Program-made: the position numbers and the translations under genes
Part shown: positions 46,754-55,204 of the stretch, one piece after another
Layout of the letters: the number at the start of each line of letters is the position of its first letter
Numbering within the stretch: the first letter of the stretch is position 1
Origin: Acidimicrobiia bacterium
GTDB lineage: Bacteria; Actinomycetota; Acidimicrobiia; IMCC26256; JACDBD01
Reading direction: 5' to 3'
DNA: 64,000 bases
Assembly: GCA_035316025.1 (NCBI GenBank)
Contig: DATFXL010000126.1
Span: forward strand, 10,642-74,641
The notes under the pieces: generated by a model
Told to the model about the DNA's origin: nothing
Database searches by the model: none
Seen by the model: only the letters and a program-made list of their open reading frames with translations

Positions 46754-47200
46754 GTGGAGGGCGGCCTCGTCTTCAACCATGTCGGGCAGTGCGTCACCGA
46801 CCTCGCCCGATCGCGCCGGTTCTACGAGGAGCTGCTCGGCTTCGAGCTCGAGCGCCAGCTGCGCCCTCCCGACGACCCGTCGAGCAAGCTCTTGCGGCTG
46901 CCGACGCCGCTCGGGATGACCGCCGTGTACCTCCGCCGTGACGGCCTGGTCCTCGAGCTCCTCCACTTCGAGGCGGGCACGGTGCCGGCGCGGGAGCGGG
47001 TGATGAACGAGCCCGGGCTGACGCACGTCTCGCTGTCGGTGGACGACGTCGACGTGGTGTGCTCACGGGTTCCGGAGTACGGCGGCGAGGTGCTCGCCGA
47101 CACCAACATCGGTGCCGGGGTCTTCGTGCGGGATCCCGACGGCCAGCTCCTCGAGCTGTTGCCGATGAGCTACCGGGAGCGCCTCGACGCTGATTCCTGA
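46754..47200 (+). CDS. VOC family protein
   Basis: 148 aa with a GTG start. FNHVGQCVTDLARSRRFY ... VRDPDGQLLE. Confidence 0.8.
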   Translation: MEGGLVFNHVGQCVTDLARSRRFYEELLGFELERQLRPPDDPSSKLLRLPTPLGMTAVYLRRDGLVLELLHFEAGTVPARERVMNEPGLTHVSLSVDDVDVVCSRVPEYGGEVLADTNIGAGVFVRDPDGQLLELLPMSYRERLDADS

Positions 47201-47215
47201 GAGCGCGCCCTCGTC

Positions 47216-47416
47216 CTAGACGCGAGCCCACGCGTTCCAGAAGAACACGAACACGAACACGGCAAGGCCGAGAGCCTCGAGGCGCACTCGCTGCGCGGTG
47301 ACCTTGAATCCGAAGAACCCGGCCAAGAAGAGCACTATGGCGATCAGGTAGAGGATCGTCTCCCATCCTGCGGTGAGCCTGTCGACAGCAAGCAGCACAC
47401 CACCCTCCCGTGTCAT
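47216..47416 (-). CDS. hypothetical 2-TM micro-protein
   Basis: 66 aa with two hydrophobic helices (ILYLIAIVLFLAGFFGF, LGLAVFVFVFFWNAW). Short, and no family recognised. Confidence 0.35.
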   Translation of the reverse strand: MTREGGVLLAVDRLTAGWETILYLIAIVLFLAGFFGFKVTAQRVRLEALGLAVFVFVFFWNAWARV

Positions 47417-47542
47417 GACCGCGCCACACCCTGTGGCGGGACAACAGGAGTGTCGGCGAAAAAGGGTGGAGGCTCAAGCACCGAGCAAACCCGACGATTC
47501 GCCCAGGGGCACGTCGGCGGCCTCGGATGCGAAGATGCGCTC

Positions 47543-48172
47543 GTGGACGGCGTGCACGACCTCGGCGGCATGGAGGGATTCGGCCCCGTCCACGTCGATC
47601 CCGACGAGCCGCGCTTCCGCCACGACTGGGAGGCCCGTACCTTCGCCGTCGCGGGCGGCGCGCTCACCGCCGGCGGGTTCAACACCCCGCAGTTCCGCCA
47701 CGCCATCGAGAGGATGGAGCCCGGACACTACCTGACGTCTTCGTACTACGAACACTGGCTCACGGCCGTCGCGACCCTGCTCGTCGAGGCGGGCACGATC
47801 TCCCGTGACGAGCTCGACGCCCGCGCCGAAGGGTGGCCGTTGTCGCACCCGGTCGCCGTCGACCCCGGCAGCGTCGACGTGATGACACCGCACGACACGC
47901 CCGAGTTCATCGTGGGCGACGCCGTTCGCGTGCGCGACGTCCACTTCGCCGGCCACACGCGCTGCCCTCGCTATGTCCGCGGTCGCCGGGGGGTCATCGT
48001 GCGCGTCGACCCGCCCGCGCCGATCCCGGAGATCGAGGCGCATCGCGGCGAGCGGGTGCTGGACCCGAACTACTCCGTGCGATTCGACGCCGGCGAGCTC
48101 TGGCGCGACGCGTCCGAACCGAACGCCTTGGTACACGTCGATCTCTACGAGCGTTACCTCGAGCCGGCCTGA
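47543..48172 (+). CDS. nthB: nitrile hydratase beta subunit
   Basis: 209 aa from GTG 47543. N-terminus [16 protein letters not shown] matches the canonical MDGxHDLGG start of NHase beta. The upstream part of ORF 47450..48172 looks non-coding. Confidence 0.85.
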   Translation: MDGVHDLGGMEGFGPVHVDPDEPRFRHDWEARTFAVAGGALTAGGFNTPQFRHAIERMEPGHYLTSSYYEHWLTAVATLLVEAGTISRDELDARAEGWPLSHPVAVDPGSVDVMTPHDTPEFIVGDAVRVRDVHFAGHTRCPRYVRGRRGVIVRVDPPAPIPEIEAHRGERVLDPNYSVRFDAGELWRDASEPNALVHVDLYERYLEPA

Positions 48173-48176
48173 CGAG

Positions 48177-48776
48177 ATGAGCGACGACCACGGGCACCAC
48201 CCGCAGCCGCTCAGCGATGCGGAACGACGCGCCCGAGCTCTCGAAGACCTGCTGACCGAGAAGGGTGTCGTCACCGGAGAGTTCATCGACCGCGTCGTCG
48301 AGGCATACGCGCAGGACGTCGGACCGATGAACGGTGCCAAGGTCGTGGCCCGGGCATGGGTCGACCCCGACTACAAGGAGCGGCTGCTCGCCGACGGGAC
48401 CGCTGCGATCGCCGAGCTCGGCTTCGGCGGGCCCGAAGGTGACCACCTCGTCGCCGTGGAGAACACGCCGCAGGTGCACAACGTCGTCGTCTGCACGCTG
48501 TGCTCGTGCTATCCGTGGCCGGTGCTCGGTCTGCCGCCGACCTGGTACAAGAGCCCGCCGTATCGGGCGCGGATGGTCCGCGAGCCCCGAGCTCTCCTTG
48601 CCGAGATGGGCTGCGAAGTGCCCGAGGACGTCGAGATCCGCGTGTGGGACTCGAGCGCCGAGGTCCGGTACCTCGTCGTGCCCGAACGGCCGCCCGGGAC
48701 CGACGGGGCGAGTGAGGAGGAGCTCGCTGCCGTCGTCAGCCGCGACGCGATGATCGGCGTAGCCCGGCCGGCATGA
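48177..48776 (+). CDS. nthA: nitrile hydratase alpha subunit, cobalt type
   Basis: 199 aa from ATG 48177. Metal-binding claw [11 protein letters not shown]; Thr in C-T-L-C-S-C marks Co-type enzymes, while Fe-type enzymes have Ser. Confidence 0.9.
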   Translation: MSDDHGHHPQPLSDAERRARALEDLLTEKGVVTGEFIDRVVEAYAQDVGPMNGAKVVARAWVDPDYKERLLADGTAAIAELGFGGPEGDHLVAVENTPQVHNVVVCTLCSCYPWPVLGLPPTWYKSPPYRARMVREPRALLAEMGCEVPEDVEIRVWDSSAEVRYLVVPERPPGTDGASEEELAAVVSRDAMIGVARPA

Positions 48777-49066
48777 CTGGCGTCGTCCGACCCGATGTGC
48801 AGCGGATGGCGGGTGCGGCGGCGCTCCCGCGCGATAACGGCGAGCTCGTGTTCGACGCGCCGTGGCAGGGGCGCGTCCTGGCCATGGCACTCGCCGTTGT
48901 CGAGGAGCGAGATCTCGAATGGGACGACTTCCGCCGACGGCTGATCGCCGCCATCGCAGCCGACCCCGACCGGCCGTACTACGAGTCGTGGACCGCCGCG
49001 CTCACGGATCTGGTCGTCGACGCCGGCGTCATCACCCGGGACGACATCGACACCCGCGCCGGCTGA
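48773..49066 (+). CDS. nitrile hydratase accessory (activator) protein
   Basis: 97 aa. ATGA overlap with nthA. The [16 protein letters not shown] segment is typical of beta-homologue activators. Confidence 0.8.
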   Translation: MTGVVRPDVQRMAGAAALPRDNGELVFDAPWQGRVLAMALAVVEERDLEWDDFRRRLIAAIAADPDRPYYESWTAALTDLVVDAGVITRDDIDTRAG

Positions 49067-49067
49067 C

Positions 49068-50270
49068 TCAGACGCCGAAGACCCCGTCGAGCCAGTCGAA
49101 CACGCGCCGGTTCAGGAGCGACCGGTTCAGGATCTCGCAGTGGTCGCCGGCGCCCTCGGCCTCCGTGAACTCGAGGAGCGCCTTGGGACACGTGAGCTCG
49201 TCCAGCAGCGCCGGTGCTCCCTTGCCGAGGGCGTCGTTCTCGGCCGTCGTGAGGAGCGTCGGGCACCGGATGTCCCGGGCCCGGTCGCCGAGCGTGAACG
49301 GTGCGACCGCCTCGAGCCAGTCGCCCAGGTTGTCGGCGCCGTTCACCCAGAAGCCGCGTTTCATGACGCCCCACTTGGCATGCGGCGAGGCGTCGATACC
49401 CGCCCGGAGGGCGGCCAGCGTGTCCTGCGAGGCGCGCGGGAGCGCGTCGACCACATTCTGTGGAAGGCCCGCCTGCTTCGCCATCTCGACGAAGCCGGTC
49501 CAGATGCCGTCGGTGCCGGGGTCGGCGATGCACGCCGCCAGCCGGTGCTCGCTCGAGGCGGCGCGCAGGGCGAGATAGCCGCCCAGGCTCCAACCCGTCA
49601 GCGCGATGCGGTCGGGGTCGACGCCGTCGAAGCCCAGAGCGTGGTCGACGACCGGCGTCACGACGTGCTCCCAATCGGCCCGCATCGGCATGCCGTCGTC
49701 GATGAGCAGCTTGCCCTGGCCCGGCCCGTCGAAGAACAGGCAGTGGTAGCCGCGGTCGGCAGCCGCGGCCGCGAACGTGAAGTACATCTCGGTCACGGTG
49801 GCGTCGTAGCCGTTCGTGCCGATCAGCAGCGGGCGAGTCTCGCGTTCGTGGCCACGCGCGCGCACGAGGTACGCCGGCATCGTCGTGTGCTCGTACGGGA
49901 TCGAGACGGGCTCCACCGGCGGGTCGGTGAGCCGCATCGCCGTGTCGAAGACCTTGATCTGCCGGTGGAAGCTGTCGACCAGACGCGGGTCGACCGGCAC
50001 GCCGTAGATGGGGTGGTACGCGACGGCGTAGAAGCAGGCGGCGTGCAGCGAGTACTCACCTGCACTCGCGACGTGCCCGGCTGCCTCGGCGTCGTTGGCT
50101 TCGCTCGCGAGCCGGTCGGCCGCCGCTCGCCACGCGTCGTAGAAGGCGTCGTCGCCGCCGTCGCCGACGGCCGCCGCGATCGCCGCCACTTCGCCGACGT
50201 CGGCGCCGCCGTACGGCGCGAAGCCCAGCGCCCACGACGCGAACTCCTCGTGCAGCGGGTTCTCGAACAC
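49068..50270 (-). CDS. alpha/beta hydrolase
   Basis: 400 aa from GTG 50270, 2 nt after the upstream gene's stop. Nucleophile elbow GWSLGG. The N-terminal part of ORF 49068..51089 is another frame of the membrane gene. Confidence 0.75.
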   Translation of the reverse strand: MFENPLHEEFASWALGFAPYGGADVGEVAAIAAAVGDGGDDAFYDAWRAAADRLASEANDAEAAGHVASAGEYSLHAACFYAVAYHPIYGVPVDPRLVDSFHRQIKVFDTAMRLTDPPVEPVSIPYEHTTMPAYLVRARGHERETRPLLIGTNGYDATVTEMYFTFAAAAADRGYHCLFFDGPGQGKLLIDDGMPMRADWEHVVTPVVDHALGFDGVDPDRIALTGWSLGGYLALRAASSEHRLAACIADPGTDGIWTGFVEMAKQAGLPQNVVDALPRASQDTLAALRAGIDASPHAKWGVMKRGFWVNGADNLGDWLEAVAPFTLGDRARDIRCPTLLTTAENDALGKGAPALLDELTCPKALLEFTEAEGAGDHCEILNRSLLNRRVFDWLDGVFGV

Positions 50271-50272
50271 GC

Positions 50273-50782
50273 TCAGCGCAGGATCTCGATGAGGAGGACC
50301 CAGGCGTTGGTGAGAGCGCCGGTGTACGCGGCGAGGACGGCGACCGGCCACCAGTAGAGGCCGCCGCCGAGCTCGGCCGCCAAGCTGACGCCGGCGACGG
50401 CGAGCACGACAGCGGATCCCAAGCCGAACGAGCGTCGCCGGACGACGGATCCTCGCGGTGGTCCAGGTCGGCCGGGATCGACCGGCTGCATCGTGGCGTC
50501 GCGCTGGAACAAGGAGACGACGAGGAACAGCACCACCGCCAGCACGAGCAGCTCCGCGCTCAACGCGCCTCGTGCCTGACCCGGGATCAGCACGACCGTC
50601 GACGTGGCGAGGACCCAGCCGAGGAGGACCACGGCTTCGGCAGCGCGGTGCACCAGCTGACCCGATCCGACGATGTCGCGCAGGTTGATCGAGATGCCGA
50701 CGAACACGAGGCCGAGCAGCGCCGCCGACGCGCCGACGTGCGCCAGCGCGAAGCTCTCCCAATCGGCGGGCTCGTAAGCCAT
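50273..50782 (-). CDS. hypothetical membrane protein (about 5 TM helices)
   Basis: 169 aa and strongly hydrophobic. Translationally coupled to the downstream hydrolase. Confidence 0.6.
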   Translation of the reverse strand: MAYEPADWESFALAHVGASAALLGLVFVGISINLRDIVGSGQLVHRAAEAVVLLGWVLATSTVVLIPGQARGALSAELLVLAVVLFLVVSLFQRDATMQPVDPGRPGPPRGSVVRRRSFGLGSAVVLAVAGVSLAAELGGGLYWWPVAVLAAYTGALTNAWVLLIEILR

Positions 50783-50806
50783 CGGGCTCCTCCTCGCCGG
50801 GAGAAG

Positions 50807-51211
50807 CTATCCGCCGGCGACGAGGCGCTCGTGTTCCTCCGTGAGCTCGGCGAACATGACCATGTTCCCGTTCAGGTCGTCGATCATGAAGATCCGGCCG
50901 CCCCACGGTTGATCCTCGGGCTCGGAGAGGATCGTGATCCCGCGGTCCCGGTAGTCGGCGAACAGCTCGTCGACGCCGTCGACGTAGAACGTGACGTACG
51001 CGGTCGCCGGCTTCGTCGGCGACCTCTTCTCGAAGTGCAGGGTCGTCGCACCCGCCGTGAGCGAGGCGTGCTCGGGCGGGTCGCCCCACATCTCGTGCTC
51101 GAGCTCCAGCCCGAGCTCATCCACGTAGAAGGCGACGGTGCGGGCGACGTCGTCGACGCTGATGATGGCGGAGGCGTTCAGGAACTTGTCGCGATGGCGT
51201 CCGGTGCTCAT
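50807..51211 (-). CDS. VOC family protein
   Basis: 134 aa from ATG 51211. ISVDDVARTVAFYVDELG ... MIDDLNGNMV. Confidence 0.75.
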   Translation of the reverse strand: MSTGRHRDKFLNASAIISVDDVARTVAFYVDELGLELEHEMWGDPPEHASLTAGATTLHFEKRSPTKPATAYVTFYVDGVDELFADYRDRGITILSEPEDQPWGGRIFMIDDLNGNMVMFAELTEEHERLVAGG

Positions 51212-51253
51212 GGGGTTGACCGTATCGAGACATTGCTGGACGCTGATAGCTCC

Positions 51254-52060
51254 GTGGCGACAAGCTCTGTCTCGCAGACGACAACCCCGCACCGGCGCGC
51301 GGACGACGTCCCGCGGCCGGTGGTCGTCCGCACCGACCGCTACCCCGACGGCAACCGCATGGGTGCCCACGAGCACCGCAAGGCGCAGCTCGTGTACTCG
51401 CCTGACGGCGTGCTGCGCGTCGCGACAGACGTCGGCACCTTCGTCGTGCCGCCAGAGTGGGCGGTGTGGGTGCCGTCCTGGATGCGGCACGACGTGCAAT
51501 CGTCCACTCCGCTCACGCTCCGCAGCGTGTACGTCGAGCCGGAGTCGGCGACGAACCTGCCCGACCGCTGCTGCGTGGTCTCCGTCCCACCGTTGCTGCG
51601 CGAGCTCATTCTCGAATCGGCTGCCCTCCCGGACCTCTACGAGGTGGGCGGGCCCGACGGCCGGCTGATGGCGGTGATCATCGATCGCATCACGGCACTC
51701 GATCACCGTCCCGTCGTCGTCCCTCAGGTGCGCGACGAATTACTGCTGCCGATCGCGGACGCCCTCACGTCGGACCCGGCCGACGCCCGCGGCTTGGACG
51801 ACTGGGGTCGTCGGCTCGGCGCGAGCAGCCGCACGCTCAGTCGACGCTTCGTCGCCGATGTGGGCATGCCGTACGCGACGTGGCGTCGCCAGGTCCGGCT
51901 GCTCGCAGCGCTCGAGCTTCTCGCCGCCGGCGAGTCGGTGGCAGCGGTCGCCTTCGCGGTCGGGTACGAGAGCGCGAGCGCGTTCATCGCCGCTTTCACG
52001 CGGTCGCTCGGTGTCACGCCGGGCCGATGGTTCCGGAGCGATGCCGCGGCTTCCTCTTGA
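51254..52060 (+). CDS. AraC family transcriptional regulator (cupin N-terminus)
   Basis: About 268 aa; start uncertain (GTG 51254). AraC HTH SSRTLSRRFVADVGMPYATWRRQVRLLAALELL...GYESASAFIAAFTRSLGVTPGRW. Divergent from the VOC gene. Confidence 0.8.
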   Translation: MATSSVSQTTTPHRRADDVPRPVVVRTDRYPDGNRMGAHEHRKAQLVYSPDGVLRVATDVGTFVVPPEWAVWVPSWMRHDVQSSTPLTLRSVYVEPESATNLPDRCCVVSVPPLLRELILESAALPDLYEVGGPDGRLMAVIIDRITALDHRPVVVPQVRDELLLPIADALTSDPADARGLDDWGRRLGASSRTLSRRFVADVGMPYATWRRQVRLLAALELLAAGESVAAVAFAVGYESASAFIAAFTRSLGVTPGRWFRSDAAASS

Positions 52061-52092
52061 CCGCCGTCGTCGGCGAGGAACCGACCTGACCG

Positions 52093-52791
52093 TTATTCCG
52101 CTTGTTGCCTGATGCCACCGCGACGACCGATGTTGCTCACGAGCAGGGCGATCACGGTCACGAGGTACAGCTGACCGATCAGCGCCTCGAGCACGGCGAC
52201 CGCGCGTCCCAAGCCGTGGGCAGCGGTCAGGTCGCCGTATCCCGTCGTTGTGAGGGTCACGAAGCTGAAGTAGAGGTAGTCGGCCACGGTGGCGTGCGAT
52301 TGCTGCGCGAAGAACGGCTCGGAGTCCAGCGTGCCGATCGCGGAATATGCGAACGACCAGACCATCCCGATGAGCACGTAGACGCACACGGCGCCGAGGA
52401 CTGTTCGGAGGTCGATCACGCGTCGGCGTGCCAGCGAATGGATGATGACAACGGGTGCCGTGCCGACGAGCAGCAGGTTGAGCAGGAAGAGACTGCCGAC
52501 GACCCGGTCGCCGCCGATGAAGATCCCGATCGCCGCCGACACGAGAGCGCCAACCACGACGACCAGGCCGATTTGCCAGAGACGGTGTCCGACGCCGGAG
52601 GCGGCGAAGGCCGCGATCAGCGTGGCGCCCTGGAGCACGACGGCCACGAGCGGGACCCAGTCGCCCGTCGGTCCGGTGGCGAGGAAGATGAAGGTCGCAA
52701 GGAGCAGCAGCAGAACGATGCCGAAGCGGTATGCCGGCTCCCGTGACTCCAGCCTTCTCCTCGTCTCCCGCCGATCGCCCACCGTTGCCAT
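52093..52791 (-). CDS. potassium channel family protein (pore-only, no RCK domain)
   Basis: 232 aa from ATG 52791. Selectivity filter TLTTTGYGD. Confidence 0.8.
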   Translation of the reverse strand: MATVGDRRETRRRLESREPAYRFGIVLLLLLATFIFLATGPTGDWVPLVAVVLQGATLIAAFAASGVGHRLWQIGLVVVVGALVSAAIGIFIGGDRVVGSLFLLNLLLVGTAPVVIIHSLARRRVIDLRTVLGAVCVYVLIGMVWSFAYSAIGTLDSEPFFAQQSHATVADYLYFSFVTLTTTGYGDLTAAHGLGRAVAVLEALIGQLYLVTVIALLVSNIGRRGGIRQQAE

Positions 52792-52906
52792 GACGCCTCC
52801 TTCGGTGCCACCGCGCCTGTCCGGAGACGATAAGGAAGCTGGGCGAGCGGGCCGGGGATGTCCCGACCCCCCGAACGGCCGCTGAACGCGCCTTGCGCCG
52901 CGGTCG

Positions 52907-55060
52907 CTATCCGCCCCCGGGGCCGCCGCCGGGGCCGGCGTCACCGCCGCCCGGGCCGCCGTTGCCGTTCGGGACGACCGGTGGGGCCGCCGGCGCGGCC
53001 GGGGTGGGCTCGGGTGCGGGGGCCGGAGCGGGAGCCGGTGTCTCGGGCGGCGGCGGCGCCGCCGATGCCGTGGTCGGCGGGGGAGGCTTCGGGACGTCCG
53101 TGGTCCGGCCGGCGAGGGGATCGACGACCTTGCCGGGCGCGTCACACGCCGGTCCCGGGTCCGGGAACGGGTCGTTGGGCATGTTCTGGGTCGCCGGGAT
53201 CATGAAGGAGCGCCAAATCGCGTTCGGGATGCCGGCTCCGAACCCGGCGCCCGGTTGGTCCACGTCGGGGTTGCCGTGCCAGACGAACGACACGAGGTCG
53301 GGCGTCCCACCGAGGAACGCCGAGCTGATCTGGTTGTCGTTGGTCCCCGTCTTGCCGAAGGCGTCGTGGCCCGGGATCCCCTTGCCGGCCGCCGTGCCGG
53401 TCTCGATGGGGCCGTGGAGGATGCTGACCTCGCAGTGGGCCACGTCGGGGTCGAGCGCGCGTGCGCCGGGCCGGCCGGTCTCGTCGAAGACCACCTTGCC
53501 GTCGGGACCGACGACCTTCGACACGAAGACCGGATCATGGTGGATCCCGTCACCGGCGATCGTCGACGTGATGTTCGCCATCTCGAGCGGCGTGATCGAG
53601 ACGACGCCGAGGGTGAACGTCAGCACGCGCCACTCGTTCACCGGCTGGCGCCCGGCGACGTTGGGAAGCATGCCCATTTTCTGGGCCGTGTCGATGACCT
53701 TGTCGAGCCCCACGCTCGTCGACAGACGCACGAACGCGCAGTTCACCGAGTCCGCCGTCGCCGTGTCGACGGTCATCATCCCCTCGCCGGGTTCGGCGTT
53801 GCTCGTCTGACCGGGGAAGCCGCGCACGCTGCAGGGATCGGTGCCGTCGACCTGGTCGTTGCGTGAGTAGCCGTTCTGCAGAATCGTTGCCAGCGTCGTG
53901 ACCTTGAAGCTCGATCCCACCTGACGGCCGGCACCGTCGACGGCGAGGTTGAACTTCGACGCGCTATACGGACGGTTGTCGCCCATCGCCTTCACGTAGC
54001 CCGTTTTGGGGTCCATGGCGACGAGCGCGGCTCCGAATCCCGGCTTGGCCCCGTTGAGTCCGCTGGCGATCGCGTTGTCGGCCATCTGCTGGAGTGACGG
54101 GTCTTCCGTCGTGTACACCTGCAGCCCACCCTGGAGCAGCTTGTTGCGCCGCTCCTGAGGAGTCGCGCCGAGCCGCGGGTCGTTGAGCAGGACCTCTTGC
54201 GCGCGCTCGGTCCATGCGTTGTCGGGTCGCAGGTCGGACGTCGGCTTCACCGTCGGCAGCGGCTCCCGAGCAGCCTGGTTCGCCTCGTCCTGAGTGATGT
54301 AGTGCTGCTTGACCATCGTGGCGAGAACCTCGCCGCGTCGCTTGAGCGCGCGGTCGGCGTGCACGAAGGGGTTGTCGCCCTCGGGGTTCTGGATCAGGCC
54401 CGCCATCAGCGCGGCCTCGCCAAGGGTGAGCTCGCTCATCTGCTTCCCGCGTACGCCGAAGGGCGCGTTCGGATCGGGAGTGAGGAAGAAGCGCCGCGCC
54501 GTCGCCTTGACGCCATACGAGCCCTGCCCGAAGTAGACCGTGTTGAGGTACTGCTTCAGGATCTCGCGCTTCGAGTATTTGTCGTTGAGGCGGTAGGCGA
54601 GGATGAGCTCCTTCGCCTTCCGTTGGATATCGCGCTTGTTGCCGAGAATGCGGTTCTTGACCAGCTGTTGCGTGATGGTCGACCCGCCTTGGCTGATCTT
54701 TCCCGATGTCAGGTTCTCGACGAAGGCGCGCGAGACGCCGCCGACGTCGATGCCCGGGTTCTTCCAGAACGTCTTGTCCTCGGTCGCGATCACCGCGTTG
54801 ATCAGGATCTGTGGGACCTCGTTGAGCGCGGCCGGGTCCCGGTCCTGCACGCCGAGCTTCCCGATGGTGTTGCCGGCGGCGTCGTACACCGTCGTCGGCT
54901 GGGACAGCTCGCCCAGGCTGTTGACCGTCGCGTGGTAGGTGTGCGCCACCGCGATCTGCCGGGCGCCGGGCACGAGGGCGGCCAGACAGACACCGAGCGC
55001 GAGGCCGCCGACCACGATGATGGCCATGAACCGTGTGAGTACCTGAGCGGGCTTCGGCAT
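52907..55060 (-). CDS. ponA: class A penicillin-binding protein (glycosyltransferase + transpeptidase)
   Basis: 717 aa. GT51 motifs ATEDKTFWKNPG and GGSTITQQLVKN. Transpeptidase motifs SSFK and KTGT. Pro/Gly-rich C-terminal tail. Confidence 0.9.
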   Translation of the reverse strand: MPKPAQVLTRFMAIIVVGGLALGVCLAALVPGARQIAVAHTYHATVNSLGELSQPTTVYDAAGNTIGKLGVQDRDPAALNEVPQILINAVIATEDKTFWKNPGIDVGGVSRAFVENLTSGKISQGGSTITQQLVKNRILGNKRDIQRKAKELILAYRLNDKYSKREILKQYLNTVYFGQGSYGVKATARRFFLTPDPNAPFGVRGKQMSELTLGEAALMAGLIQNPEGDNPFVHADRALKRRGEVLATMVKQHYITQDEANQAAREPLPTVKPTSDLRPDNAWTERAQEVLLNDPRLGATPQERRNKLLQGGLQVYTTEDPSLQQMADNAIASGLNGAKPGFGAALVAMDPKTGYVKAMGDNRPYSASKFNLAVDGAGRQVGSSFKVTTLATILQNGYSRNDQVDGTDPCSVRGFPGQTSNAEPGEGMMTVDTATADSVNCAFVRLSTSVGLDKVIDTAQKMGMLPNVAGRQPVNEWRVLTFTLGVVSITPLEMANITSTIAGDGIHHDPVFVSKVVGPDGKVVFDETGRPGARALDPDVAHCEVSILHGPIETGTAAGKGIPGHDAFGKTGTNDNQISSAFLGGTPDLVSFVWHGNPDVDQPGAGFGAGIPNAIWRSFMIPATQNMPNDPFPDPGPACDAPGKVVDPLAGRTTDVPKPPPPTTASAAPPPPETPAPAPAPAPEPTPAAPAAPPVVPNGNGGPGGGDAGPGGGPGGG

Positions 55061-55204
55061 TTCAGGGTTGGTGTCGGCGAATACGGCGATCCGTCCCCCC
55101 GCTCATGATGACGCATTGCCGGTGGCTCTTGGTCGCGGGGGCCGAGTCGCCCCAAGGGCTCGCGTGGCCCGGGGGGCGCGTCCGGCACGCCGGATCCCGC
55201 CAGC

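Noticed and set aside
47417-47542. Possible cobalamin or other riboswitch upstream of the cobalt nitrile hydratase
   Set aside because: There is no B12-box (GCCACUG-type core) or other conserved riboswitch block. Only a short 7-bp hairpin (cgccaca/tgtggcg) is present.
48177-48776. NHase alpha-like ORF as a nitrile-hydratase-leader-peptide (NHLP) RiPP precursor
   Set aside because: It is a full-length alpha subunit with an intact VCTLCSC metal claw. It is flanked by genuine beta and activator genes. No RiPP maturase genes are nearby.
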